37,719 bases of DNA from an uncultured Anaerolineales bacterium (GCA_964544065.1 CAZJBA010000004.1:1-37719), one strand, 5' to 3'; positions 9,543 to 19,157 are shown, counted from the stretch's first letter. Numbers and translations are program-made. The notes: generated by a model not told the origin, from the sequence alone.

Positions 9543-10529
9543 ATGTCCTTAAACATTGTGATACCGAAAACCATGATTGATTCAGGCAAACTTTCTGCCG
9601 CCTACGGCGGCTACGGATGGTCTCCGCGCCAACAGAGCCACCGCCGAGAAATCGGCTCGCTCTGGGCCGACTGTGGCATCATCAACGAGTGGGCCCCGCT
9701 GAAATCGGTTTTATTGCACACGCCCAGCGAAGAATGGAAACATCTCTCTGACCCGAATGCCGCTCTGATGGAGGAAACCCCCAACCTGGAGCTGGCCCGC
9801 GAGCAACATGACGCCATCGCCCAGGCGTTCAGGAGCCACGGGGTAGCGGTTCATTATGTTGAGCCCGGCCAAACCCCGCCGCCGAATCTCATCTTCTGCG
9901 CTGACCTGTTCGTGATGACGCCCGAGGGCGCCCTTTTGGCGAGACCGGCCTCCATGGTACGGGCCGGCGAAGAGCGCTGGGTCGCCCGCCGTTTGGCCGA
10001 TTTGGGCATCCCCATCGTGCGGACGTTACGGGGGGAGGCAACCTTCGAGGGCGCCGACATCCAATGGCTCAACGCCGAATCCGCTCTGTTGGGGCGCGGT
10101 CTGCGCACCAATGCCGAAGGAGCAGCACAGGTCAGCGAAGCCCTGGGTGAGATGGGCGTCCGCGTCATGCTGGTTGATCTGCCCATCGGCAGCATGCACC
10201 TGATGGGCATGCTCCGCTTTCTCGACCGTGACCTGGCCGTGGGCTGGCCCGGGCGGCTTTCCCATGTCGCCGTGGAAGCGCTCAGGGAGCACGGCTACAA
10301 GGTTATTTTGCTTCCAGACGAAGCCGAAGCCCGGCGCCACGCCCTCAATTTCGTCACCCTCGGGCCCAGGAAAATTTTGATGCCCGCGGGCAAACCGATC
10401 ACCCAGGCATTTTACGAAGCCCTGGGGGTCACCTGTCACGCCATCGAAACAGCCGAACTGAACAAAGCCGCTGGGGGAATCGGTTGCCTGACCGGCGTTC
10501 TCGAACGAAGAAATCCGCCCCAAGTTTGA
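9543..10529 (+). CDS. Amidinotransferase-fold enzyme (dimethylarginine dimethylaminohydrolase / arginine deiminase-like)
   Basis: 328 aa with the C-terminal catalytic-Cys context AAGGIGCLTGV typical of the guanidino-modifying superfamily. Substrate unknown. Confidence 0.65.
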   Translation: MSLNIVIPKTMIDSGKLSAAYGGYGWSPRQQSHRREIGSLWADCGIINEWAPLKSVLLHTPSEEWKHLSDPNAALMEETPNLELAREQHDAIAQAFRSHGVAVHYVEPGQTPPPNLIFCADLFVMTPEGALLARPASMVRAGEERWVARRLADLGIPIVRTLRGEATFEGADIQWLNAESALLGRGLRTNAEGAAQVSEALGEMGVRVMLVDLPIGSMHLMGMLRFLDRDLAVGWPGRLSHVAVEALREHGYKVILLPDEAEARRHALNFVTLGPRKILMPAGKPITQAFYEALGVTCHAIETAELNKAAGGIGCLTGVLERRNPPQV

Positions 10530-10617
10530 CAAACTTTGCAAGTTTTCTAAGACACCAGGCGTGGTACAATTTCAGCGTTTATCGGTAAATCAGCGAGTTT
10601 ACGGAGAAACAAGCCCT

Positions 10618-11379
10618 ATGCCAGATCCATTCTACATCCCCGAAAGCGCCATGGTGATCATGGCCCACGCCGATGACGCCGAATTTGCCTGTGCCGGAAC
10701 CGTCGCCCGTTGGACGCGCGCCGGGGCGCGGGTGACCTACACTATCTGTACCGACGGCGGTGCGGGCATCAACGACGCCGGGATCACCCGTACGGAGGCA
10801 GCCAAAATCCGACAGCGTGAGCAACGCGCTGCTGCCGAGATCCTCGGCGTGGAGGAAGTCATCTTCCTGGACGAGCCAGACGGCTTGCTGGTCAACACGC
10901 TGGCGCTGCGCAAGAAAATCGTCCGCGAGATTCGCCGTTTTCGGCCCGAGGTCGCCATTGTGCTTGACCCCACGCCCATCTTTGTTGGGGAGAATTACCT
11001 CAATCACCCCGATCATCGCGCCGCCGGGACCGCCGCGTTGGACGCGATCTATCCCGCCGCGGGCAAAGCGATCCTGTACCCAGAATTCGAAGAGGAGGGC
11101 ATCTTTCCCCACAAGGTGCGCAAAGTCTACGTCGCCGGGTGGGACCAAAAAGATATCTTCGTCGACATCAGCGAAACGATCGACTTGAAAATCAAAGCGA
11201 TTCAGGCGCACGAGAGCCAGACCAAGAAATGGGACTGGGACGTGGAAGAGCGCTTCAGAGCCCGAGCGGCAGAACTCGGCCAGGGCAAAGAATTGGCCTA
11301 TGCCGAATCGTTCCGCGTCGTCACCCTGATGGATGACAAAACCTGGGAAGAGACCAAAGGGCGCGTGACTCCCCTATAA
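10618..11379 (+). CDS. PIG-L/LmbE family N-acetylglucosaminyl deacetylase
   Basis: Motifs AHADDAEF and HPDH. The track opens at a GTG at 10561; the ATG at 10618 follows GGAGA by about 10 nt. Confidence 0.8.
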   Translation: MPDPFYIPESAMVIMAHADDAEFACAGTVARWTRAGARVTYTICTDGGAGINDAGITRTEAAKIRQREQRAAAEILGVEEVIFLDEPDGLLVNTLALRKKIVREIRRFRPEVAIVLDPTPIFVGENYLNHPDHRAAGTAALDAIYPAAGKAILYPEFEEEGIFPHKVRKVYVAGWDQKDIFVDISETIDLKIKAIQAHESQTKKWDWDVEERFRARAAELGQGKELAYAESFRVVTLMDDKTWEETKGRVTPL

Positions 11380-11463
11380 AACGATTTCTCTGTGAGCGCC
11401 GCGTTTCGGCGGTGGATCAGTTTTTCAGCATCGTTAAACATACCAAAGGAAAGGAGATACAAG

Positions 11464-11973
11464 ATGCAATTTTCAGACTTGATTACCGAACGTTACAGCG
11501 TGCGCGGGTATTCAGACAAGCCCGTATCCGAAGATGACCTCGATTACATCCTCGAAGCCGCCCGGATGGCCCCAACCGCGGCCAACCGCCAGCCCTTCCA
11601 ATTGATCGTCATCCACACCGAGGGCCGGGAAGAGGAACTCCGCCGGATGTACGACAAGGATTGGTTCGTCGAGGCCCCGCTGATCATCGCCGCCTGTGGC
11701 TTGCCCTCCCAGGCCTGGGTGCGGCATGACAAGGCCAACTTCACCAAGGTGGATGTCTCCATCGTGATGGATCATCTCATCCTGGCGGCGGCGGATCGCG
11801 GCCTGGGCACCTGCTGGATCGGCGCTTTCGACCCCGAAGCCGCCCGGGAGATTCTGGGGCTGCCCGATGAGGTCGAGCCCATCGTGATGACACCGGTCGG
11901 CCACCCGACCACGTCGCCCAAATCCAAAAAGCGCAAACCGCTCTCTGAGTTGGTACGCTACGAACGCTGGTAA
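11464..11973 (+). CDS. Nitroreductase family (FMN-dependent) protein
   Basis: ERYSVRGY, APTAANRQPF, GTCWIGAF. The ATG at 11464 is preceded by AAAGGAGA; the longer track ORF begins at a GTG at 11392. Confidence 0.85.
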   Translation: MQFSDLITERYSVRGYSDKPVSEDDLDYILEAARMAPTAANRQPFQLIVIHTEGREEELRRMYDKDWFVEAPLIIAACGLPSQAWVRHDKANFTKVDVSIVMDHLILAAADRGLGTCWIGAFDPEAAREILGLPDEVEPIVMTPVGHPTTSPKSKKRKPLSELVRYERW

Positions 11974-11979
11974 CCTAAT

Positions 11980-12016
11980 AAAGGCCCTAAGAGTTGAAAA
12001 AACTCTTAGGGCCTTT
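11980..12016. terminator. Very strong 16-bp perfect hairpin directly after the nitroreductase stop codon
   Basis: AAAGGCCCTAAGAGTT (11980-11995), loop GAAAA, AACTCTTAGGGCCTTT (12001-12016), paired base by base by eye. The T-run lies only inside the stem end. Confidence 0.6.
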
Positions 12017-12240
12017 CGTTGACGAGGTATGTCTGGCTATTTGTACACGGAAGAACACGGAAAGGACGGAAAAACTTGGTAACGCTCCGATGGCGGAGTG
12101 GTTCATTTTTTCGGAAAAATTAGTTGACACTCGGCAACCCGCCGGGAAGAGTCTAAAATCCTCTGCTTTTTGAAATCCCCTTTCCGTGTAGTCCGTGAAA
12201 GTCCGTGTCCTAATTTTTTTATCTTTATGGAGGCCAAACT

Positions 12241-13371
12241 ATGCGTGTGTGCCAAATCGACACGTCCAAACGCAGCGATGTGCGCAAATTCATCAAGTTT
12301 CCCTTTGATCTTTACGCCGGTAATCCCTACTGGGTGCCGCCGCTGATCGCGGAGAGAAAACTGGCCCTCAACCCGGACGAGCATCCCTTCTACCAACATT
12401 CCGAGGCAGCCTTCTTCCTGGCAGAACGTGACGGTGAAACCGTCGGGCGCATCGCCATCCTCAACAACCGGCGCTATCGAGAGCAAACCCAGAGCCCGAC
12501 AGGCTTGTTCTACTTCTTCGAGGTGATCGACGACCTCAACGCGGCCCGGTCACTCTTCGAAGCCGGGTACGAATGGGCCGGCCAGCGCGGCATCAAGATT
12601 TTGCGCGGTCCCAAGGGATTGGCCCAGGGTGACGGCTTCGGCATGCTCGTGGAGGGATTCGACTACCTCCCCGCGATGGGCATTCCCTATAACCATGCCT
12701 ACTATTCCGACTTGATGGACGCGCTGGGCTTCGAAAAAGAGAGCGATTTACACTCTGGCTACATCTCAAAAGAAGAGCAAGGTTTCACGCTCCCAGAACG
12801 AGTCCACCAATTGGCTGAACGGGTCAAACAGCGCCGCGGTATTCACGTTAAGCGCTTTGAAACCAAAGACGAGTTGCGCCAATATATCCCCCTTGTTCGC
12901 CGGGTCTACAACCAATCCTTTAGCAACGTGCCCGAATTCGTCCCCATCACCGAGGCGGAAATCGACATCATCGCCGAAAGGATTCTCTCGATCGCCGACC
13001 CGCGTTTGCTCAAATTAATCTTCAAGGGCGATGAACTAATCGGTTTTGCCTTCACCTACCCCAACATCTCCAAAGGGCTCCAAAAAGCGCGCGGTCGTCT
13101 CTTTCCTTTCGGCTGGTATTACCTGAGACGTGAATTCAAACGCACAAAAATGTTAGATGCCAACGGGATTGGCTTGCTGCCCAATCATCAAGGTATGGGC
13201 GCTACAGCAGTGCTCTTTACCGAGTTTGAGAAAATTGTCAAAAACCACGGTTTCAACCATATCGATATTGTTCAAGTTAACGAAAAAAATCAAAAGAGCT
13301 TTACCGAAATGAGTCATCTCGGGGTCAAATGGCACAAACGCCATCGCGTTTACAAGCGCGTCTTTGGCTAA
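12241..13371 (+). CDS. Large GNAT-like N-acetyltransferase family protein, unknown substrate
   Basis: 376 aa. Resembles a conserved family annotated as N-acetyltransferase (N-terminus FPFDLYAGNPYWVPPL). GGAGG lies 7 nt upstream. Confidence 0.6.
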   Translation: MRVCQIDTSKRSDVRKFIKFPFDLYAGNPYWVPPLIAERKLALNPDEHPFYQHSEAAFFLAERDGETVGRIAILNNRRYREQTQSPTGLFYFFEVIDDLNAARSLFEAGYEWAGQRGIKILRGPKGLAQGDGFGMLVEGFDYLPAMGIPYNHAYYSDLMDALGFEKESDLHSGYISKEEQGFTLPERVHQLAERVKQRRGIHVKRFETKDELRQYIPLVRRVYNQSFSNVPEFVPITEAEIDIIAERILSIADPRLLKLIFKGDELIGFAFTYPNISKGLQKARGRLFPFGWYYLRREFKRTKMLDANGIGLLPNHQGMGATAVLFTEFEKIVKNHGFNHIDIVQVNEKNQKSFTEMSHLGVKWHKRHRVYKRVFG

Positions 13372-13649
13372 GTAGGTAAGCAAAAGTACTTAGAAATAGG
13401 CACACACAAATCAAGATATGGCTGTGTCCTGACCAGCCATCTTGCCCTGACCGCAGGTCTCCAGATCCAGGTCTCCAGATCAGCGATCCACATCTTTCCA
13501 GACAGGGGAGACCTTCGGTCACTTCAAGTGCTCGGTCAGTGCCCCTTGCCCGAAGGGCACGCACGCGAAGCACGCATGCCGTAGGCACGCCGTTGGCGAG
13601 CGAGCGACGGCATGCTTCGCGAAGACGCTTCGCACAACGAAGGTAGGTT

Positions 13650-15083
13650 ATGAATAAAACCAACCAAAAGAGCCAAACAAAACTCCCCTTGTGGACGAAA
13701 CTCGTCTACGGCTCCGGGGATTGGGGCATGTCCAGCTTTGGCACCCTGCGACAGATTTTCTACGCCATCTTCTTGACCGATGTTGTGGGCATCGAGGCCC
13801 GCTTGGCTTCGATCGCCGCTTTGATCGGCGTGATCTGGGACGCGATCAACGACCCGTTGGTCGGCATCTTGAGCGACCGAGTCACAACGCGCTGGGGAAA
13901 GAGGCGTCCGTTTTTGCTGCTTTTCGCGGTTCCCTTTGGGTTGGGCTTTCTGCTGCTTTGGTGGGCGCCTCCCTGGGAGAGTCAGGTCGTCCTGATGATT
14001 CACATCACCCTGGCCTACATCATCAGCGACACGCTCCAAACATTGGTGACGGTCCCTTTCTTCGCCCTCACTCCCGTACTTTCCCCCGACTACGACGAAC
14101 GTACATCCCTCACCGGATTCCGGATCTTCTTCAATTTGTTGGCCTCCCTGGTGGTCGCCGTGGCCGCGCCGATCATCGTCGACGCGGGGATCAAAAACGG
14201 TCTCTCACCTCGGCAGGGCTATCTGCTCATCGGCGGCTTGTTTGGCGGGTTGGCGGTGCTGCCCTTCCTGGCCATCGGCGTGTTCATCCGCGAGCCAGTT
14301 GAAGAAGAACAGAGCCAAGAACCGATCCCCTTCAAAAAAATCATCCGGACCGCCTGGGAAAACATTCCCTTCCGCTTTGCAACGGGCATCTATATGCTCA
14401 ACTGGATCACCTTCGACCTGGTCGCGCTGATGCTGCCTTACTTCATCGTCTACTGGATCGCTGACGGCGATTTACTGGCCTCCCTGGACATCTTCGGAGA
14501 ACCGATCGCGATGGAATCAATCGTCTTGGGCGCCCTCTTGATCGTGGCCGTGCTGGCCGTGCCCCTGTGGACGTGGCTCTCCCGCCGTTTCAGCAAGCGG
14601 ATCGCCTACATCATCGGGATGCTCTTCTGGGCCGTCGTCCAGTTCCTGATCATCACCGTCCAACCCGGGCAAACGGCCTACATTTTGATCCTAGCCGTTT
14701 TGGCCGGAATCAGCGTTTCGACCGCCCACGTGCTCCCCGACGCGATCTTCCCCGATGTGATCGAGTGGGATGAGCTTCGCACCCGCCGACGGCATGAGGG
14801 CATCTACTATGGAGCCAAAAACTTCATCCGCAAGTTAACCGGCGCGGTGGCGATCTTCTTCGCTCTCCAGGTGCTGGGCTGGTTTGGCTACCAGAGTCCC
14901 CCCGAAACAGCGACCCAATTTCAACAATCGGAGACGACTATCACGGCGATACGCCTGCTGACCGGCCCCATGGGCGCGCTACTGCTATGCAGCGCCATCT
15001 TGGTAGCCTGGTTCTACCCCCTGACACGCGAACGCCACAACCGCATTCGGGAGTTGTTGGCCAGGCGCCAAAATCGGGACTAA
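13650..15083 (+). CDS. MFS transporter, glycoside-pentoside-hexuronide:cation symporter (MelB/GPH-like)
   Basis: 477 aa, about 12 hydrophobic helices, GPH-type N-terminus (KLVYGSGDWG, DAINDPLVGILSDR..RWGKRRPF). Confidence 0.85.
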   Translation: MNKTNQKSQTKLPLWTKLVYGSGDWGMSSFGTLRQIFYAIFLTDVVGIEARLASIAALIGVIWDAINDPLVGILSDRVTTRWGKRRPFLLLFAVPFGLGFLLLWWAPPWESQVVLMIHITLAYIISDTLQTLVTVPFFALTPVLSPDYDERTSLTGFRIFFNLLASLVVAVAAPIIVDAGIKNGLSPRQGYLLIGGLFGGLAVLPFLAIGVFIREPVEEEQSQEPIPFKKIIRTAWENIPFRFATGIYMLNWITFDLVALMLPYFIVYWIADGDLLASLDIFGEPIAMESIVLGALLIVAVLAVPLWTWLSRRFSKRIAYIIGMLFWAVVQFLIITVQPGQTAYILILAVLAGISVSTAHVLPDAIFPDVIEWDELRTRRRHEGIYYGAKNFIRKLTGAVAIFFALQVLGWFGYQSPPETATQFQQSETTITAIRLLTGPMGALLLCSAILVAWFYPLTRERHNRIRELLARRQNRD

Positions 15084-15197
15084 TACAAAGCTCGTAGTTA
15101 GGCACACAGTGAAGCGGAGTGCCGTCATTAAACGCCACTCCGCTGGACTGCGCTCCGTGGCTCACTACGAATCCTGCCACAAATTAGATATCATCAA

Positions 15198-16676
15198 TTA
15201 ACGAATGTGCAACTCGCAAACTTTGTTGAAGTGGTAACCGTAAATCGCCAACGTGACGGCAAGGGGGAACAGGGCGGGCCGTTTTCTTAGGGTCCACAAC
15301 AATAAATCCCAATAGTAGCGACGATCTTTGTCCTTGATCCCAAGTTGATAAATTGAGCGGAAAAAGGCCATGATGTGTTGCCAGCTCAAATTCACGCGTA
15401 CCTCGGGAACTTTATATTCACGCAAAAACGTCTTGACCCGTTGATAATAATGCCCGGGCGAATAGATCTTGTCCATCATCTGCTGGTAACCTTGGCACAG
15501 TTTTTCTATGCCCATGCGAGGAATGATGTTGGTGCTGCCATTGACATTGTCGCCTGAAACAATACCCAGCAAACGGTTTTCGCTCTTCAGGCGCTCATAA
15601 AGCTGGGTGCCAGGAATAGCCTGCAACATGCCGATCATGGCTGTGACGATGCCGCTCTGTTGGATGAAGTCAATCTGGCGCTGGAAGATAGAAGGGGTAT
15701 CATTGTCAAAACCAACGATAAAGCCGCCCTGAACGGCTAATCCCGAACGCTGCAAATGTTTGACATCGGCGACCAAATCACGGCCTTTGTTTTGGGCTTT
15801 ATTGCATTCATTCAAGCTGACATTATCTGGCGTTTCGATGCCAATAAAGACCTGATGAAAGCCGGCCTCAACCATCAAATCAATCAAAGCCTGGTCGTCG
15901 GCCAGGTTAATCGACGCTTCTGTGCTGAAGGTGAAGCCCCTCTTGCCCTGGCGCCATTGGATCAAAGCGGGTAGCAACTTTTCTTTCAGGTAGCGTTTGT
16001 TGCCGATGAAATTATCATCGACGAAGAAGACCGAGCCGCGCCAGCCGTTTTGATAGAGAGCGTCCAGCTCGGCGAGGATTTGTTCGGCGCTCTTGATGCG
16101 GGGGCGATGCCCCAACAACGCGGTCACGTTGCAAAAGTCGCAATTGTAGGGGCAGCCGCGGGAAAATTGCATCGCCATGGTGTCATAGCTCTTCAGGTCG
16201 AGTAGCGACCAGAGCGGCGTCGGCGACAGGTGCATATCAGGATATTCGTCGGTCGTATAGACATGACGCGCTTCCCCTCGGGCAAGATCGCGCAAGAAAT
16301 GCGGCAAGGTGATTTCGGCTTCGTCCAAGACGAAGTGATCGACCCCATCAAATTGATCATGCTCCAAGGTGAAAAGGGGGCCTCCCGCCACAACGGGGAC
16401 ATCCACCTCGTTACACCGGGCGATAATCCGCCTGGATGCATCTCGTTGCACAGTCATGGCGCTGAGAAAGACATAATCGGCCCATGCCAAATCTCGCTTG
16501 GAAAGTTGCTCAAGATTCAAGTCAACCAAACGTTTTTCCCACGTAGATGGCAATAACGCTGCCACCGTCAAAAGCCCCAAGGGTGGATGGGTTGCTTTTT
16601 TACGAATAAATTTCAAGGCATGTTTGAAGCTCCAAAACGTGTCGGGAAATTCCGGGTAGACAAACAAAATATTCAT
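15198..16676 (-). CDS. B12-binding-domain radical SAM enzyme (class B, DUF4070-type C-terminus)
   Basis: N-terminal cobalamin-binding-like domain (MNILFVYPEFPDTFW) and the radical SAM motif CPYNCDFC. I prefer the ATG at 16676 (AAGAGGAG upstream on the minus strand) over the track start at 16793. Confidence 0.85.
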   Translation of the reverse strand: MNILFVYPEFPDTFWSFKHALKFIRKKATHPPLGLLTVAALLPSTWEKRLVDLNLEQLSKRDLAWADYVFLSAMTVQRDASRRIIARCNEVDVPVVAGGPLFTLEHDQFDGVDHFVLDEAEITLPHFLRDLARGEARHVYTTDEYPDMHLSPTPLWSLLDLKSYDTMAMQFSRGCPYNCDFCNVTALLGHRPRIKSAEQILAELDALYQNGWRGSVFFVDDNFIGNKRYLKEKLLPALIQWRQGKRGFTFSTEASINLADDQALIDLMVEAGFHQVFIGIETPDNVSLNECNKAQNKGRDLVADVKHLQRSGLAVQGGFIVGFDNDTPSIFQRQIDFIQQSGIVTAMIGMLQAIPGTQLYERLKSENRLLGIVSGDNVNGSTNIIPRMGIEKLCQGYQQMMDKIYSPGHYYQRVKTFLREYKVPEVRVNLSWQHIMAFFRSIYQLGIKDKDRRYYWDLLLWTLRKRPALFPLAVTLAIYGYHFNKVCELHIR

Positions 16677-16949
16677 GTCACTGCTCCTCTTTGTAAATGT
16701 GACGAAGTTTTCATGTAGGCGTTCACACCCCTCAGTACATAGAACGCAGATTGCCGGAGGCGGGGTGTAGAGATAGTGAAGGTGTTGTCGCATTCATCCT
16801 TGGTGTCACCGTTGACAAGGTTTCCCGCCTGCGTTTAACGATAACAAAAATTTGATATCAAGGCAGGTACTGGGAGTCATTGCAAGCATGACAGGCATCA
16901 GTGCCTACATGACGCCCGTCATCCGTTGTGGCAGGATTATACACCGACT

Positions 16950-16978
16950 TTGTCAGCCTTACCCCCCTATGATAAGAT
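16950..16978 (+). promoter_or_regulatory. Possible sigma70-type promoter for the kinase/regulator pair
   Basis: TTGTCA-N17-TAAGAT, read by eye, about 22 nt upstream of the start codon. Confidence 0.3.
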
Positions 16979-16999
16979 TAATCAAAGGAGATTCACTCA

Positions 17000-18244
17000 A
17001 TGGAACGCAGAACGATTGAGCCCGGCTTGTTACGCAGCTTTCGGTACTTTACCGGCATTGCGATGATTTATTTTGCCGCGCTGGTGACCTATACCGCCAT
17101 CCAAACCGGCGAAGGCGATACCAGCTCTCAAATCCAATCGTATCTCAATTTCGGAACCAATCTGCTTTTGCTGGGGTATCTTTCCATCGATTGGTTTCGG
17201 CGAAGACTCAAACGCTTTTATTTGCCAATTGCACTCACCGCCGCCACGATTGTACCCATTTTCAGCAATCTTATCTATCTCGCCGACCCCCAAGAGACAG
17301 CCTATTTTACCATCATGCGAAGTTGGCTTCTGTTTCCCATCTTGGTGATTCCTCTCGTGTTGATCGCCTGGCAGTACGATTTACGTCATGTGCTCTTGTT
17401 CATCCTTTTTTCCACGGCAGTAGAGCTTTTCGAACTTTTTCCACGAGTAGGACAACTTGATCTCATCGCTGCACCGATTCTAGGCGTTCCGTTTATCCGT
17501 GCTTTTGCCTTTGGCACCCTGGGGCATATTATCCATCGTTTAATCGAGACTCAACGGGCTCAACGCAAGGAGCTGGTGCGGGCCAACATGCGACTCAGCC
17601 AACACGCCAGCACATTGGAGCAGCTTGCCACCAGTCGGGAGCGCAATCGCTTGGCGCGCGAGCTGCATGACACCCTGGCGCACACTTTAAGCGGATTAAC
17701 CGTCAACTTAGAAGCGATAAAAATTTTGCTGGATAAAGATCAAGAAGAGATCTGTGCTCGCGTCAACCGTGCCCTTGAAAACACCCGCACCGGTTTAATT
17801 GAAACCCGTCGCGCTCTCAAAGATTTGCGCATCAAGCAACTTGAAGAACTTGGGGTAGGCAACGCAATCCGCAATTTGGCCAATGACGCCGCCTTACGGG
17901 CAGGGTTCCATGTTCAACTCGATATTGACGAAACCCTAACCAAACTTCCATCCGACATCGAACAATGCTGCTATCGCACCGCCCAGGAAGTATTGGAAAA
18001 TATCGTCAAACACGCGCAGGCCAATCACGTCAGTGTGTGTCTGCAAAGAAATGGTGACAACTTGGAACTCAAGATCAGCGATGATGGCAAGGGGTTTTCG
18101 TTATCTTCGGTGGACTATGAGAACAAAATGGGGTTGAAAGGATTGCACGAGCGTGCCTCGGAGGTGAACGCCGATTTGGATATCTCTTCTGAACTGGGTG
18201 AAGGAACTACGATCCACTTGTCGTTGGAGCATCCTTATGATTAA
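17000..18244 (+). CDS. Membrane sensor histidine kinase, HisKA_3 (NarX/DesK-like) type
   Basis: Multi-helix hydrophobic N-terminus, H-box RNRLARELHDTLAH, and an HATPase_c domain (DDGKGF, GLKGLHERA). Confidence 0.88.
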   Translation: MERRTIEPGLLRSFRYFTGIAMIYFAALVTYTAIQTGEGDTSSQIQSYLNFGTNLLLLGYLSIDWFRRRLKRFYLPIALTAATIVPIFSNLIYLADPQETAYFTIMRSWLLFPILVIPLVLIAWQYDLRHVLLFILFSTAVELFELFPRVGQLDLIAAPILGVPFIRAFAFGTLGHIIHRLIETQRAQRKELVRANMRLSQHASTLEQLATSRERNRLARELHDTLAHTLSGLTVNLEAIKILLDKDQEEICARVNRALENTRTGLIETRRALKDLRIKQLEELGVGNAIRNLANDAALRAGFHVQLDIDETLTKLPSDIEQCCYRTAQEVLENIVKHAQANHVSVCLQRNGDNLELKISDDGKGFSLSSVDYENKMGLKGLHERASEVNADLDISSELGEGTTIHLSLEHPYD

Positions 18245-18884
18245 AGTGTTGATTTGTGACGACCAAGAGATCGTTTGTGAAGGACTGCAAACAATTCTGA
18301 ACGCTTCCAAGGATATTGAAGTCGTCGCGATCGCTTACAATGGCGAAGAAGCCCTCAAGCTAATTCCCGAAACGGAACCTGACATCGTGCTGATGGATTT
18401 GAAAATGCCGGTCATGAACGGCATCATCGCCACACGCAAGATTCGCCAAAAATATCCCGACGTTCGCGTTTTGGTGCTGACCACGTATGAGGATGATGAA
18501 TGGGTCTTCGATGCTGTTCGGAGCGGCGCGTCCGGATATTTGCTCAAGGATACACCGCCTGAGGACCTCATCGAGGCGATCCGAGGAACTGTCTCTGGTA
18601 AAACCTATATAGACCCCGATGTGGCCGGGAAGCTTTTGGCCAGTTATAGTCACCGACAAGCCAGCAAATCCCTGCCAACCAATTTTCAACTCAGCGACAG
18701 GGAACAAGATATCCTCAAACTGTTGGCAAGGGGGCTATCAAATGCCGATATCGCCCAACAACTTTATCTCACCGAAGGGACCGTGCGCAATTACACCAGT
18801 GAAATCTTTAAAAAGTTGAACGTTTCGGACCGAACCCAGGCGGCTGTGATGGCGTTGCGCTACGGGCTTGTCGATCTAGATTGA
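18237..18884 (+). CDS. NarL/FixJ-family response regulator (receiver plus LuxR-type HTH)
   Basis: MIKVLICDDQ, DIVLMDLKMP, and a C-terminal LSDREQDILKLLARGLSNADIAQQLYLTEGTVRNY. The ATG at 18237 overlaps the kinase stop. Confidence 0.9.
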   Translation: MIKVLICDDQEIVCEGLQTILNASKDIEVVAIAYNGEEALKLIPETEPDIVLMDLKMPVMNGIIATRKIRQKYPDVRVLVLTTYEDDEWVFDAVRSGASGYLLKDTPPEDLIEAIRGTVSGKTYIDPDVAGKLLASYSHRQASKSLPTNFQLSDREQDILKLLARGLSNADIAQQLYLTEGTVRNYTSEIFKKLNVSDRTQAAVMALRYGLVDLD

Positions 18885-18962
18885 CAACAACGGGGCTCGG
18901 AGCAGGGTTCGGGGTACATATATTTTCAAATGCGATTACCCTACGATCATAATGTATTCCTG

Positions 18963-18991
18963 TTGACAGTAAATACTCGCTTTGCTACAAT
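18963..18991 (+). promoter_or_regulatory. Near-consensus sigma70 promoter upstream of the hdrL operon leader
   Basis: TTGACA (18963-18968), 17-nt spacer, TACAAT (18986-18991), read directly. Confidence 0.6.
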
Positions 18992-19111
18992 CAGGTCGCT
19001 TAATAGATCCTTCCCATCGACAATTCAATAAACAAACAACAACTGAACTCGAATATTCCAACCTCGTCAACCTAACTTGATTCGGTTCAGAGGGCCACAG
19101 AAAACCCATTA

Positions 19112-19157
19112 CAGCAGCCGCCCTTCCGTTAATGGCTATGGGCGGCTGTTGCTTTAT
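19112..19157 (+). terminator. Terminator/attenuator-like hairpin inside the hdrL1 leader
   Basis: CAGCAGCCGCCC (19112-19123) pairs with GGGCGGCTGTTG (19140-19151), 12 pairs including one G-U, followed by CTTTATCTC. Confidence 0.45.

Noticed and set aside
12124-12159. TTGACA ... TAAAAT as the promoter of the GNAT-like gene
   Set aside because: The spacer is 24 nt, which is too long. No acceptable -10 box lies at 16-18 nt.
12103-12486. 127-aa minus-strand ORF across the start of the GNAT-like gene
   Set aside because: It overlaps a better-supported + strand gene and runs into the hexamer-array intergenic region, with no ribosome-binding site.
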